From the NCBI GenBank assembly GCA_016212825.1, contig JACRDS010000149.1, positions 1-55,755 on the forward strand: DNA of 55,755 nucleotides, written 5' to 3'. The notes under the pieces are model-generated. The model was not told where the DNA came from and searched no databases. It worked only from the letters and a program-made list of their open reading frames with translations. The DNA comes from Elusimicrobiota bacterium (GTDB taxonomy: Bacteria; Elusimicrobiota; Elusimicrobia; UBA1565; UBA9628). Shown one piece after another: positions 1 to 9,513 of the stretch; position 1 is the first letter of the stretch; every line of letters starts with the position of its first letter. The translations under genes were made by a program, and so were the position numbers.

Positions 1-878
1 AGCGGCTGGGAGGACGCCCCGTAGGCCAGGCGCAGCGCGCAGGCGCGCAGAGTGCGCAGCGGGTGGCGCAGCGCTTCTCCCGCCGCCCAGGGCAGCAGGC
101 GCCGTCCGTCGGCAACGCCCTCGGCGACCACCGCGGGCCCCAGGGCGGTCGACACGAAGCCCAGGGCCCCGATGGTGATGTTGTTGTCGGCTCGTCCATC
201 TTCGAAGAGGACCAAGCGGTGCTGCGTCCGCCAGTTCATAGCGGCCCAGAGGGTCAGGGGCAGGAAGGCGGCCAGGGCGATGACCGCGCTCTGCCGCGCC
301 CAGCCTTGCGGCGGCCGGAGCCGCTCGTAGAGGGCCAGGGCCGGAGGGAACAGGAAGAGGGGCGACAGGGTCAGCAGGCTCATGCCGAGGCAGAGCCCCA
401 GGACCAGGCTGCGCCACAGGGTCGGGGCCCGGGCGCGCGCGACGAGGGCCACGGCGGCGGCCAGGACCAGCAGGGTGTAGAGCCAGCGGTCCGAAGAGAG
501 GTGGGACGGGAGGACCCACGCGTAGAGGAGCGCCGCCGCGCCGCCGCAGACCGCGCCATGCAGCAGGAGGCCCAGGGCGAAGACCAGCGCTGCCCCGGCC
601 AGCAGGCTCAGGGCATGGACCAGCAGCCGCGTCCCGGCGCCGGCATGGCTGAGCAGGGCGTTGGGTACCGAATAGCCGGGCATGGCGGCGGAGACCCCCT
701 CGAGGCTTATCCCGTGCAGGAGGGCTTCGCCGCTGGGGACGTAGTAATCCCCGGAGGAGCCGATCCAGGCGTCGCCCTCCGCCGCCCGGCCGGCGAACTT
801 GCCGGCCAGCACGCCCAGGGCGCAGGCCAGGAGGGCCGCGGCGGCGCAGGCGCGCAGCGCCAGGCGCGGCTCTACAAC
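1..878 (-). CDS. Polytopic membrane protein, GT-C/ArnT-like glycosyltransferase (runs off window start; start codon uncertain)
   Basis: Manual translation of an open minus frame absent from the ORF track: ...SSGDYYVPSGEALLHG...MPGYSVPNALL...DRWLYTLLVLAAAVAL...LWAAMNWRTQHRLVLFEDGRADNNI; many hydrophobic segments; nearest in-frame GTG at 812. Confidence 0.6.
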
Positions 879-2227
879 GCCTCCAGGACTTCCGCCAGGA
901 ACGCGGCGTGGTCCCAGGCGTCGGCGTGGATGGACATGCCCAGGCGCACGACCACCAGGTCCAGCGACGGGACCACCGTCACCACCTGGCCCTCGTGGCC
1001 TTGCGCGTGGAAGGCGTCGGCCGGCAGGCGCGCCGCCGCTTCGCCCTCCCCCCCGAAGTCTTTGGAGAGCCTCAGCCACCAGTGCGCGCCGTAGCGGCCG
1101 TCCGGCGACTGCGGGGTCGGGGTCCGGCAGAATCCCACCCAGCCTTCGGGCAGGACGCGCCGGCCATCCCACACGCCGTCCCGGGCGTAGAGCAGTCCGA
1201 AGCGGGCCCAGTCCCGGGCCGCGGCGTACATGAAGGAGGAAGCCACGAAGTCGCCGGCCGCGTCCGCTTCCATGACCGCGCCGCTCATGCCCAGCGGGCC
1301 GAAGAGCGCCCGCCGCGGGAAGGCCAGGTAGTCCCCGTGGCTCGAAAAGGCGCCCCGCACGACGCGCGAGATGATGTTCGTGGTGCCGCTGGAGTAGGCC
1401 CAGCACGAGCCCGGCGGGGCGCGCAGAGGCTTGGCCGCCGCGAAGCCGGCCGCGTCATCGAGGGTGAAGAGCATCCGCGTCACGTCCGAGAGCGGGTCGC
1501 TGTAGACCTCGGAGAAGGCCAGGCCGCCGCGCATGCGCAGCAGGTCCTCCAGGGTGATGTCCGCCCGGGGGTCGTCCTGCCCCCGCCACTCGGGCAGCAG
1601 GGCCCGGGCCTTCAGGGAGAGCCGCCCCTCGCCGACCAGGATCCCGACCAGGGCGCTCATCACGCACTTGGTCATGGACCAGCCGCACAGGCGGCTGTCC
1701 GGCCCGTAGCCCGGAGCGTAGGCCTCGCCCAGCAGTCGCCCGCCTTGGACCACGAGCGCGGCCCGGGTGCGGCGGGGCTTGTCCGGCGCCGGTTCGGTCA
1801 GGCTCCGGGCCAGAACGGCGGACAGCCGCTCCGAGCCCGCGACGGGGACAGTCGGCTCTCCCGCCGGCCAGTCCTCGGGCGGCAGAGGCGCCGCCTCTGG
1901 AAGGGAGGACGGTTCGAGGCGGGGCGGCCGCTTCGCGGACACCAAGGTCACGCCCATCCCGGGCCGGAACACGGCGCGGCGCGCGCTCAGGCCCAGCAGG
2001 GAGCCCGTCACGCTCCGGGCCTTCTCGTCCACCGCGGCGCGGAACAGGCGCATGACGCGATATTTTTCCGCGCCGGTGTCCTCGGCCAGCACCGCCTCCA
2101 GCGGGCGGCCCGAGATGAAGAGCGCCGATCCCAGGACCTTGGCCTTGTAGCCCGCCCCGACCTCGGCGATACGCAGCAGACGCCAGGCCAGCCAGCCGGC
2201 GGCCAGTGTCAGGGCGGCGTAGAGCAT
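872..2227 (-). CDS. Serine hydrolase, beta-lactamase class C family
   Basis: WSMTK (SxxK), LLRMRGGL, WAYSSG, ARDWARFG and AQGHEGQ motifs; N-terminal membrane anchor. Confidence 0.9.
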   Translation of the reverse strand: MLYAALTLAAGWLAWRLLRIAEVGAGYKAKVLGSALFISGRPLEAVLAEDTGAEKYRVMRLFRAAVDEKARSVTGSLLGLSARRAVFRPGMGVTLVSAKRPPRLEPSSLPEAAPLPPEDWPAGEPTVPVAGSERLSAVLARSLTEPAPDKPRRTRAALVVQGGRLLGEAYAPGYGPDSRLCGWSMTKCVMSALVGILVGEGRLSLKARALLPEWRGQDDPRADITLEDLLRMRGGLAFSEVYSDPLSDVTRMLFTLDDAAGFAAAKPLRAPPGSCWAYSSGTTNIISRVVRGAFSSHGDYLAFPRRALFGPLGMSGAVMEADAAGDFVASSFMYAAARDWARFGLLYARDGVWDGRRVLPEGWVGFCRTPTPQSPDGRYGAHWWLRLSKDFGGEGEAAARLPADAFHAQGHEGQVVTVVPSLDLVVVRLGMSIHADAWDHAAFLAEVLEAL

Positions 2228-2234
2228 CCCGGCG

Positions 2235-3050
2235 CTACTGGGCGGAGTAGACGCGCTGCTGGGGCAACTGGGCCGCCGGCATCCCCAGGGCCAGGGCCAG
2301 CTCGCGCAGTTTGGCCTGGACCTTGACCGTGTTCTTGGGCCCCATGCGCAGAAGGTGCTTCTGCGCGGCGGGGAGCTCCTCGAGCCCGAGGTCGGGCATG
2401 GGCGCCATGGCGAAGGACACGACCTTCTCCTTGAGCGGGATGTCGCGCTCCACCACCGGGGTCTGGAGCAGGGAGACGATGGCCTTGCCCAGGGTGGCCT
2501 GGAAGTCCCGGGGCGGCGAGCTCAGCTCCCGCGAGGCGGCCTGGAACCAGGGGGCGAGCGCCTGGACCAGGGCGGCGGCGGCTTTCGCGTCGAAGGACTC
2601 CACCACCGCGGCCGCGGCGTCGTAGCGGGCGTAGCTCTTGGGGTCGACGCAGAGGCGGCCGCCGATCTTCTTCACCGAGAACCTCTTGCGGGGAGACATG
2701 AAGCTCAGGCTTTCGCTCGGGCTGGCGCCGTCGGCGACGCAGAAGACCGCGGCGGTGACCCGGCGCAGGAGGTCCTCGGTCTTGAGCCACCCGGCGAAGA
2801 GGGGCAGGCTCGAGAGTCCCCCCGCCTTCTCCCGGACCAGCTCGTCGCTCTTGCCGAGGTCCACGTCCGCCGGCATCGGGATGACCAGCGGCTGGGAGGC
2901 CGGCACCCCTCCCGGGACGGCGGCCGTCCCGTCGAGGGACGGGGCCTCGGCCGGGGCTGTCCCCCGGGACATCTGCCAGATCAGCAGGCCGCTGGCCAGG
3001 GCGGAGGCGGCCACGACCAGTCCGATGACGACCTTCTTCTTGTCTCCCAC
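2235..3050 (-). CDS. DUF3014-like membrane-anchored protein
   Basis: GTG at 3050 after GGGAGGA SD; N-terminal TM; SYARYD, PWFQAA and LEELPAAQKHLLRMGPKN motifs. Confidence 0.8.
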   Translation of the reverse strand: MGDKKKVVIGLVVAASALASGLLIWQMSRGTAPAEAPSLDGTAAVPGGVPASQPLVIPMPADVDLGKSDELVREKAGGLSSLPLFAGWLKTEDLLRRVTAAVFCVADGASPSESLSFMSPRKRFSVKKIGGRLCVDPKSYARYDAAAAVVESFDAKAAAALVQALAPWFQAASRELSSPPRDFQATLGKAIVSLLQTPVVERDIPLKEKVVSFAMAPMPDLGLEELPAAQKHLLRMGPKNTVKVQAKLRELALALGMPAAQLPQQRVYSAQ

Positions 3051-3170
3051 GATTCCTCCCGGACGACGCCTCGCTATCTTACCACATGCTGGGTCCAAGG
3101 GCCCAGGACCCGCAGGGGCTTATGACTCTGGTCCCTGGGGGATCGCGGTGGTACCATTCGTGTTGGAATC

Positions 3171-5462
3171 ATGATACCATCCCGCCGAGACAGAGTCCTC
3201 TTCTCCGCCGCTGTTTTCTCCGTCTTCCTGGGCGTCCAGCCGCTCCGCGCGGCGGATGCTCCTTCCGTCTTCGAAGGCTCCTCCGGGGTCCTGCCCGAGG
3301 CCGGCGCCTCCGTGGCCGGGGCCCCGGCGTCCCCGGCGCCGGACTCGGACTGGGAACTGGAGGAAGTCGCGCCCCCGACCGGGACCGCGCCCAGCCCTTC
3401 GGAGCCTGAGCAGCAGCGCTTCTGGGACCGTCTGCAGGCCAAGGCTTTCGACGACCTCTGCCGCAACATCAAGCTCCCCATCGACGGCGACATCGACCTT
3501 TCGGACTTCGGCGGAGTGAAGGTCGGCGTCGAGCGGGCCCTGGCGCGCTATCCGGACAAGAAGCTGGCCCTCATCGACCAGGTCAAGCTCGGCGTGACTT
3601 TGGGCTACACCCAGAAGGTCCTCGACGCGGCCAAGGACATCCCCTTCTCCGTGCGCGTGGAGGGCCGGGCCGAGGGCCGGGCCTACGTCATCCGCCCCCT
3701 GGGCGCCGTGCCCTCCTGCAGCGAGCTCGACCGGCTGCTCAAGGTCTGGGACTTCAAGACCGTGGTCCCGGTCAAGGCGGAGCGGCTCTCCGCCATGGCG
3801 GTGGGCGAGATCTGGAAGCTGCCCCTGGTCCTCAACGGCTCCATCTCGGCCGGGGTCGGCGGGCCCGTGGGCCCGGTCAGCGTGGGGATCTCCTTCGGCT
3901 ACAGCCAGCCCGAGACGGCCAGCGTCACGGTCTACCGGCTCTCCGAGAGCGCGACCCGCATGCGCATCCGCATCGACCACGCCAAGATCTGGAGCGGCGG
4001 CGGGCAGGTCGTGCTCAACGTCCCCTTCCAGGAGTACATGGGCCTCGACGACGGCGGCTCCTTCCTCGAGAAGCAGACCGACCGCCTGGCTTGGCGCCAG
4101 ATCCGGCGCTACCTCGAAGGCGCCCTGGGCTTCTCCGCCTACCGGGGCGGCGGCCGCAAGGCCCTCGTCGAGTTCGTCCTCGACCCCCGCCAGCCCGAGC
4201 ACATGGAGTCCCTGGCCCGTTTCCTCAAGGGCGACCTCGACGCGCTCTTCCTCCTGCACCGCATCGCCCTGGCCACGGCCCGGCCGTTCCTCCACGAGAA
4301 GGGCAAGCTCGACGCCCTCAAGGGGATGGAAGAGAAGTACTCGGAGAAGCTGGGGGTGGCGCCCTCCTATTCCGGCGCGGACGACTACACGCGCAAAGGG
4401 CGGCGCTTCAACGTCCAGGTGCCCGTGATCGTGGGCGCGGAGACCACCAAGAGCTGGGACTACGACCGCATCATCGGCGAGGAGAAGGACGTCGAGCTGC
4501 AGATGAACCAGGCCAGCCGCCACCGCAGCGCCCACTTCCTCAACGTCCCCTTCCTGGGGCAGATCACCAAGCACGACACCCAGGTCACGGTGCAGAGCTT
4601 CGCCAAGGTCGACGGCAAGGGCTTCCCGGATACCCCGACCGTGGTCTTCATCCGGCAGGAGGGCTTCGTGCGCCACAGCGCCCGGCAGGCCCACGAGATG
4701 GTGGACTCGGTCAACGGCATCATGCGCTTGGCCGGCACGCGCGGCGTGGGCACCAACGACCGCACGGTCTTGCCCGCGGACAAGCTCTTCCCCCTTCCGC
4801 CGCAGCCGCCCCCGGCCCAGTGGGTCGGCGACGAGACGGCGCCCGCGGGCCCGCCGTCCGGCCCGACCTACCGCTCCGTGGTCACGGCCTTCACTTTGGC
4901 TTTCGACCAGAAGGCCATCACCGACGTGCTCTGGGCGCCGGCTGACGTCGTGGTGCGCGCCTTCGTCAACTCCCTCTCCGGCGAGGACCGCTCGCACATG
5001 GAGAAGGCCTTGGCTCTGGGCAGCGTCCGACCCGACGGCACCGTGGATTACGATTATCACAAGCTGCGCGAGCAGATCGACCCCTTCCCGGACCGGGAGC
5101 GGGGCGGGACGGATCCCATGCAGACCGTGGCCGCGCTCTCGAAGCAGGCCGCTGAGCTGGTCGGAGACCTCGCCGCGGCGCGCTCGGGCGACTGGGGCAA
5201 GCGCTGCAAGGCTCTGGTCGACATCGTTTCCGGCCGGGGCAGTTCCGGTCTGGTCTACGACTCGGTCATGAAGGTCATCGTCCAGCTCGCCGATCCCGCC
5301 GACCTCTACGGTGACTTCTCCGTGCGCACGGACAAGAAGGAGAAGGGCGAGAAGGACGTCAACGAGCGCTACTTCCTCAACAAGAGCAACGCGGACGCCG
5401 GCCTGTCCGAGGCAGCCAAGCTCAAAGAGCGCTTCTCCGAGCCGTCCTTGCTCAGCGACTAG
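3171..5462 (+). CDS. Large exported hypothetical protein (763 aa)
   Basis: Long ORF with high GC3; signal peptide ending LRA-A; no family recognised. Confidence 0.8.
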   Translation: MIPSRRDRVLFSAAVFSVFLGVQPLRAADAPSVFEGSSGVLPEAGASVAGAPASPAPDSDWELEEVAPPTGTAPSPSEPEQQRFWDRLQAKAFDDLCRNIKLPIDGDIDLSDFGGVKVGVERALARYPDKKLALIDQVKLGVTLGYTQKVLDAAKDIPFSVRVEGRAEGRAYVIRPLGAVPSCSELDRLLKVWDFKTVVPVKAERLSAMAVGEIWKLPLVLNGSISAGVGGPVGPVSVGISFGYSQPETASVTVYRLSESATRMRIRIDHAKIWSGGGQVVLNVPFQEYMGLDDGGSFLEKQTDRLAWRQIRRYLEGALGFSAYRGGGRKALVEFVLDPRQPEHMESLARFLKGDLDALFLLHRIALATARPFLHEKGKLDALKGMEEKYSEKLGVAPSYSGADDYTRKGRRFNVQVPVIVGAETTKSWDYDRIIGEEKDVELQMNQASRHRSAHFLNVPFLGQITKHDTQVTVQSFAKVDGKGFPDTPTVVFIRQEGFVRHSARQAHEMVDSVNGIMRLAGTRGVGTNDRTVLPADKLFPLPPQPPPAQWVGDETAPAGPPSGPTYRSVVTAFTLAFDQKAITDVLWAPADVVVRAFVNSLSGEDRSHMEKALALGSVRPDGTVDYDYHKLREQIDPFPDRERGGTDPMQTVAALSKQAAELVGDLAAARSGDWGKRCKALVDIVSGRGSSGLVYDSVMKVIVQLADPADLYGDFSVRTDKKEKGEKDVNERYFLNKSNADAGLSEAAKLKERFSEPSLLSD

Positions 5463-5473
5463 CCCGGGCCGCG

Positions 5474-5824
5474 CTACTCCAGCGCGTCGACCTTGGCGGC
5501 GAAGATGAAGTCCGACTCGCAGAGCCCGTCGATCGCGTGCGTCCAGACCGACACCCTCGCAAAGCCCCAGCCGACCGTGAGCTCCGGGTGGTGCTTGACG
5601 CTCTCGGAGAACTCCCCGACCCGATCGGCGAAGGCCAGGGCCTGCCGGACGTCCGGGAACCGGAACTCTTTCACCAGGCGCTTGTTCTCGTCGATGCGCC
5701 AGCCGCCTCCGAGCTGGTCGAGGATGATGCTGAGGCCTTCCTCCTCGGGGACGGGGCTTCCCGGGTGGTAGGGGGTGAACTCCAGGTCGGCCAGCTCGCT
5801 GAGCTCTTTCTGCGCGGTGGACAT
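5474..5824 (-). CDS. Pterin-4-alpha-carbinolamine dehydratase (copy 1)
   Basis: KEFRF, KHHPEL, WTHAIDGL and DFIFAAKVD motifs; GGAGGAGG SD. Confidence 0.9.
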   Translation of the reverse strand: MSTAQKELSELADLEFTPYHPGSPVPEEEGLSIILDQLGGGWRIDENKRLVKEFRFPDVRQALAFADRVGEFSESVKHHPELTVGWGFARVSVWTHAIDGLCESDFIFAAKVDALE

Positions 5825-5873
5825 GGCGCCTCCTCCCCCGCTGATACTCTAACCCCCGGAGGTCAAAGGGCCG

Positions 5874-6842
5874 TCAAGTCTCGCGGCGGCAGGGGCAGTC
5901 CAGGCCCTTGAGCGGGTCGTAGTCCTGGCTGCCGGAGAAGGCCCGCAGGGCCGCGGCCACGCGCTCGTCGCAGCGGCCGCAGTTGCGGAAGGTCCCCCCT
6001 TTCACGGCCAGGCCCTCGGTGCGCAGCCCGACGTGTATGGGCAGCCCTTTGCCCTCCATCCTCAGGATGATGTCCACCACGGACCACAGCCGCGGCGGGC
6101 GGTACTCCTTGGCCCGGAACTCCTCTTCCAGCCGCGAGCCGCGCGCCACGTAGGTGGGGTTGAGGTGCGCCTCCACCTCCAGGCCCAGGCGCAGCCCCGT
6201 GGCGCGCAGGTGCTCCAGGGTGGCCGCGGCCTCGTCGACGGCCTCGGTCTCGGAGAGCTCCGCGTCGGGCTTGACCAGCACGTAGGCCTTGAGGCGCACC
6301 CCTTTGGCCGCGAGCAGCTCGGCGGTCTTCTGGAAGGTCTCCTCGGAGAGCCCCTTGTTGAGCACCCCGTTGCGGATGCGCTCGTCGGCGGTCTCGTAGC
6401 CGATGGCCAGCGTCAGGCGCCGGCCGCCCAGGCGGGCCTGGATCCCCTCGAGCTCCCAGTCCTCCACGAATTCCGCGCGGGTGTCCAGGCAGACCTCCGC
6501 CAGGGCCGGGAAGGCGGCGAGCCTCTCGAAGAGGTGCCACAGGGCCTCGGTGGGCAGCGTGCGCTGGTCCACGGTGGAGCCGGAGTTGAACACCGTGACC
6601 CGGCGCACGGCGGCGCGCTCGGCTTCGGGGCAGGAGTCCACCGCCGCGTCGATCTGGGCCTTGATGTCCGCCGCGGACACATCCGCGTCGAGAGCGGAGA
6701 GCAGGGGCAGGGCGCAGAAAGAGCATTTGCGGTACTGGCAGCCCTTGGTGTAGAGGGCGAGCACGAGCTCGCGGCCCTGGGGCGTGTCCTGGACGTGGTG
6801 GTCGATGGGCCGGCGCGGGTCGTGGGCGGCGCGGTCCTTCAT
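5874..6842 (-). CDS. Radical SAM protein of the TIGR01210/RaSEA (archaeosine-associated) type
   Basis: ATG at 6842 overlaps upstream stop (ATGA); LYTKGCQYRKCSFC, FNSGS, IGYETAD..R..LNKG, AYVLVKP, YRPPRLWS and C-terminal RNCGRCD...DCPC match the family pattern. Confidence 0.8.
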   Translation of the reverse strand: MKDRAAHDPRRPIDHHVQDTPQGRELVLALYTKGCQYRKCSFCALPLLSALDADVSAADIKAQIDAAVDSCPEAERAAVRRVTVFNSGSTVDQRTLPTEALWHLFERLAAFPALAEVCLDTRAEFVEDWELEGIQARLGGRRLTLAIGYETADERIRNGVLNKGLSEETFQKTAELLAAKGVRLKAYVLVKPDAELSETEAVDEAAATLEHLRATGLRLGLEVEAHLNPTYVARGSRLEEEFRAKEYRPPRLWSVVDIILRMEGKGLPIHVGLRTEGLAVKGGTFRNCGRCDERVAAALRAFSGSQDYDPLKGLDCPCRRET

Positions 6843-8557
6843 CCCTTGACCAGGAGCCGGTCTTCGAGGACCAGGGCGTCGATGGCGGTGCGCTGGAAGG
6901 TCGCCAGCGCGTGGGCCGGGCTGTCCACGATGGGCTCGCGGTCGTTGAAGGAGGTGTTGACCAGGACCGGGGTCCCGGTCCTCTTGCCGAACTCCCCGAG
7001 CAGGGCGTGCAGGCGCGGATGGGAGCTCTTGGTGACGAGCTGGGGCCGCGTGGTGCCGTCCCCGTGCACCACGGCCGCGATGCGGCTCTTGGCGCGGGCC
7101 TTGACCGGCACCGCGGCCAGCATGAAGCGGCAGGCCCGGCGCAGGCCGGGCGGGATGTCGAAGAACTCGTCGGCGTCCTCCTCGCGGGCCACCGGGCCGT
7201 AGGGCCGGAAGAGCTGGCGGTGCTTGACCTCGCGGTTGAGCCGGTCGCGCATGGCCGCGTCGCGCGGGTCGGCGAGCAGGCTGCGGTGGCACAGGGCCCG
7301 CGGCCCGGTCTCCGGAGCCCCCTCGAACCAGGCCACGACCTTGCCCTGCTCCAGGAGCTCGGCGCTCCGCGCGATGAGCGCTCCGTCTCCCTGAGCCGGG
7401 GCCTCGAGGCGGGCCTCGGCCAGGGCCTTGGCCGTCGCGCCGGCCGCCGGGGCCGGCCCGCGGTAGGCGTGCAGCCACTCCTCGCGCCTGGCCTTGCCGT
7501 CGGCCAGGCAGGCCGCGCCGAAGGCCGTGCCGCAGTCCTTGGCCGCGGGGAAGGCCCAGACCCCGTCGAAGGCGCCGCTGCGGGCCACCGCGTTGTTGCC
7601 CAGGCAGTTGAGCGTGACCCCGCCGGCCAGGGCCAGGTTGGGGAGCCCCGCTTCCCGGCGCACGCGGCGGGCCAGGCCGCAGAGGAGCTCCTCGGTGAGC
7701 TCCTGCAGGGCCGCGGCCGCGTCGGCGTGCCGGCGGTCCGTCCCCTGCCAGAGCAAGGGCTCCTGCGCTCTGCGGCGCGGGCCCAGCAGCTCTTCGAAGC
7801 CCTTCACGTCCGGGGCCCGGAAGCGGGCTAAAGCCGGGTCCACGCGGAAGGTCCCGTCAGGAAGGGGCTCCATGACCCGGCGCAGGGCGGCGCGGAAGCG
7901 CGCCGGGTCGCCGTAGGCGGCCATGGCCATGGTGGTGCCCTCGTCGAGGTTCGGGGTCAGGCCGGCCCACTGCGTGACCCGCTCCCAGAGGAAGCCCAGG
8001 GAGTGCGGGTACTCCAGCCGCCCCAGCTTCTCCAGCGCGCCGCCGCGCCAGCGGCCCCAGGTGCAGGTGTCGTCCTCGCCGATGCCGTCGACGCAGAGCA
8101 GAGCCGCCTCATCCCAGGGGCAGGAATGGTAGGCGGCGGCCATGTGGCAGTCGTGGTGCGGGATGAAGCGCACCGGGACCTTGCGGCCGTAGCGGGCCTC
8201 CAGCAGGCTGCCGGTCAGAAGGATGAAGTCCCGGAAGCGCCGCTCGCCCTCCGGCGTTCCGTAGTCCCCCGCCGGGATGTCCGGGTCGCCGGGGACGCGG
8301 CCCAGGGCCGCGAAGCGGGCCGCCGGGTCGAAGCTGTAGGCGACCTCGTCCACCCGGGAGAAGTCCAGTCCCGCTTCGCGCAGGGCCTCGTCGATGGCCA
8401 GGTAAGGCAGGATCGGGGTGTTGTCCACGCCGGCGCGCTTGGCGTGGCGGACCCGGGAGGGGCGCTCTTCCTCGGCGATGACGCGCAGGCGGCCGTCCAC
8501 CAGCAGGGCCGCGGAGGAGTCGTGGAAGACGGCGTTGAGGCCGAGGACCACCTTCAC
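6839..8557 (-). CDS. Carbamoyltransferase, NodU/CmcH/TobZ family
   Basis: HDSSAAL, EEER, HHDCH, DGIGE, LAGGVTLNC, GPRAL, FRPY and NTSFN motifs. Confidence 0.92.
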   Translation of the reverse strand: MKVVLGLNAVFHDSSAALLVDGRLRVIAEEERPSRVRHAKRAGVDNTPILPYLAIDEALREAGLDFSRVDEVAYSFDPAARFAALGRVPGDPDIPAGDYGTPEGERRFRDFILLTGSLLEARYGRKVPVRFIPHHDCHMAAAYHSCPWDEAALLCVDGIGEDDTCTWGRWRGGALEKLGRLEYPHSLGFLWERVTQWAGLTPNLDEGTTMAMAAYGDPARFRAALRRVMEPLPDGTFRVDPALARFRAPDVKGFEELLGPRRRAQEPLLWQGTDRRHADAAAALQELTEELLCGLARRVRREAGLPNLALAGGVTLNCLGNNAVARSGAFDGVWAFPAAKDCGTAFGAACLADGKARREEWLHAYRGPAPAAGATAKALAEARLEAPAQGDGALIARSAELLEQGKVVAWFEGAPETGPRALCHRSLLADPRDAAMRDRLNREVKHRQLFRPYGPVAREEDADEFFDIPPGLRRACRFMLAAVPVKARAKSRIAAVVHGDGTTRPQLVTKSSHPRLHALLGEFGKRTGTPVLVNTSFNDREPIVDSPAHALATFQRTAIDALVLEDRLLVKG

Positions 8558-8581
8558 GCCGCCTATAGTACAAATTCTATT

Positions 8582-9460
8582 TCAGCTGCGGCCGCCCACC
8601 AGGGGCGGCTGGGCCCACGCCTCGTTGGCCAGGACCTCGGAGAAGCGGGTCATGCGCAGGCCGTAGGTCTGCTCCAGCGCGTGGATGTCCACGTCCTGGC
8701 CGACCTGGTTGATCCAGCGGTACATCAGGGCCATGTCCGGCCCGACCGCCTTCTCGGCCCCGCTGTCCGGGATGTGCCGGAAGTAGACCGAGTGGCCCAT
8801 GGCTTTGGAGAGCATCTCCGCCACCTGGGGGAAGGTCAGCGCGTCTCCGGCCAGCGTGATCTCGCGGTTCAGGAAGCGCTCCGGGTCGAGGAAGGCCATG
8901 GCGGCGAACTCGCCGATGTCGCGCAGGCAGACCATGTGCATCACGGTCTGCGGCCACAGCGGCGCGGCCAGGCTGCCCATCCGTATCCCGGGCAGCAGCC
9001 AGGTCCCGAAGTTCTCCATGAACCAGACCGGGCGCAGGATGGTCCAGGGCAGGGCCAGCTCCTGGACGCGCCGCTCGACGCGGCGCTTGGTCTCGAAGTG
9101 CGGGACCCCGCTGTGCCGCTCGGCGCCGGCCGCCGACGCGTAGACGAAGTGCCGCACGTCGGCGATCTTGGCGGCCAGGGCCAGCTGCAGGCCCTGCCGG
9201 ACCTCCGCCCCCATGCCGGCCTCGAAGGGCGTGGACATGGCGAAGACGCCCTGGCAGCCGCGCATGGCCGCCTCGAGGCTGGCGCGGTCGTCGAAGTCCC
9301 CGCGCGCGATCTCGGCCCCGGCCGCGGCCAGCGCCCCGGCGGCCTCCGGATGGCGCGTCAGGGCGCGCACCCTCTGCCCCCTCCTGAGGAGGGCCTGCGC
9401 CACGGCCGAGCCCTGTTTGCCGGTGGCGCCGGTCACGAGGATGGTCTTGGGAAGAGCCAT
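8582..9460 (-). CDS. NmrA/HSCARG-family NAD(P)-binding protein
   Basis: ATG at 9460 after GGAGG; VTGATGKQG, PHFETK and LRPVWFMEN motifs. Confidence 0.9.
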   Translation of the reverse strand: MALPKTILVTGATGKQGSAVAQALLRRGQRVRALTRHPEAAGALAAAGAEIARGDFDDRASLEAAMRGCQGVFAMSTPFEAGMGAEVRQGLQLALAAKIADVRHFVYASAAGAERHSGVPHFETKRRVERRVQELALPWTILRPVWFMENFGTWLLPGIRMGSLAAPLWPQTVMHMVCLRDIGEFAAMAFLDPERFLNREITLAGDALTFPQVAEMLSKAMGHSVYFRHIPDSGAEKAVGPDMALMYRWINQVGQDVDIHALEQTYGLRMTRFSEVLANEAWAQPPLVGGRS

Positions 9461-9513
9461 AGAACCTCCGTACGTCAACTCCCCCCCGCCGACCATAGCT
9501 TAGCCCGCGTGCG

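Noticed and set aside
5874-7478. 534-aa version of the radical SAM ORF
   Set aside because: The N-terminal part overlaps the carbamoyltransferase out of frame; the real start is ATG 6842
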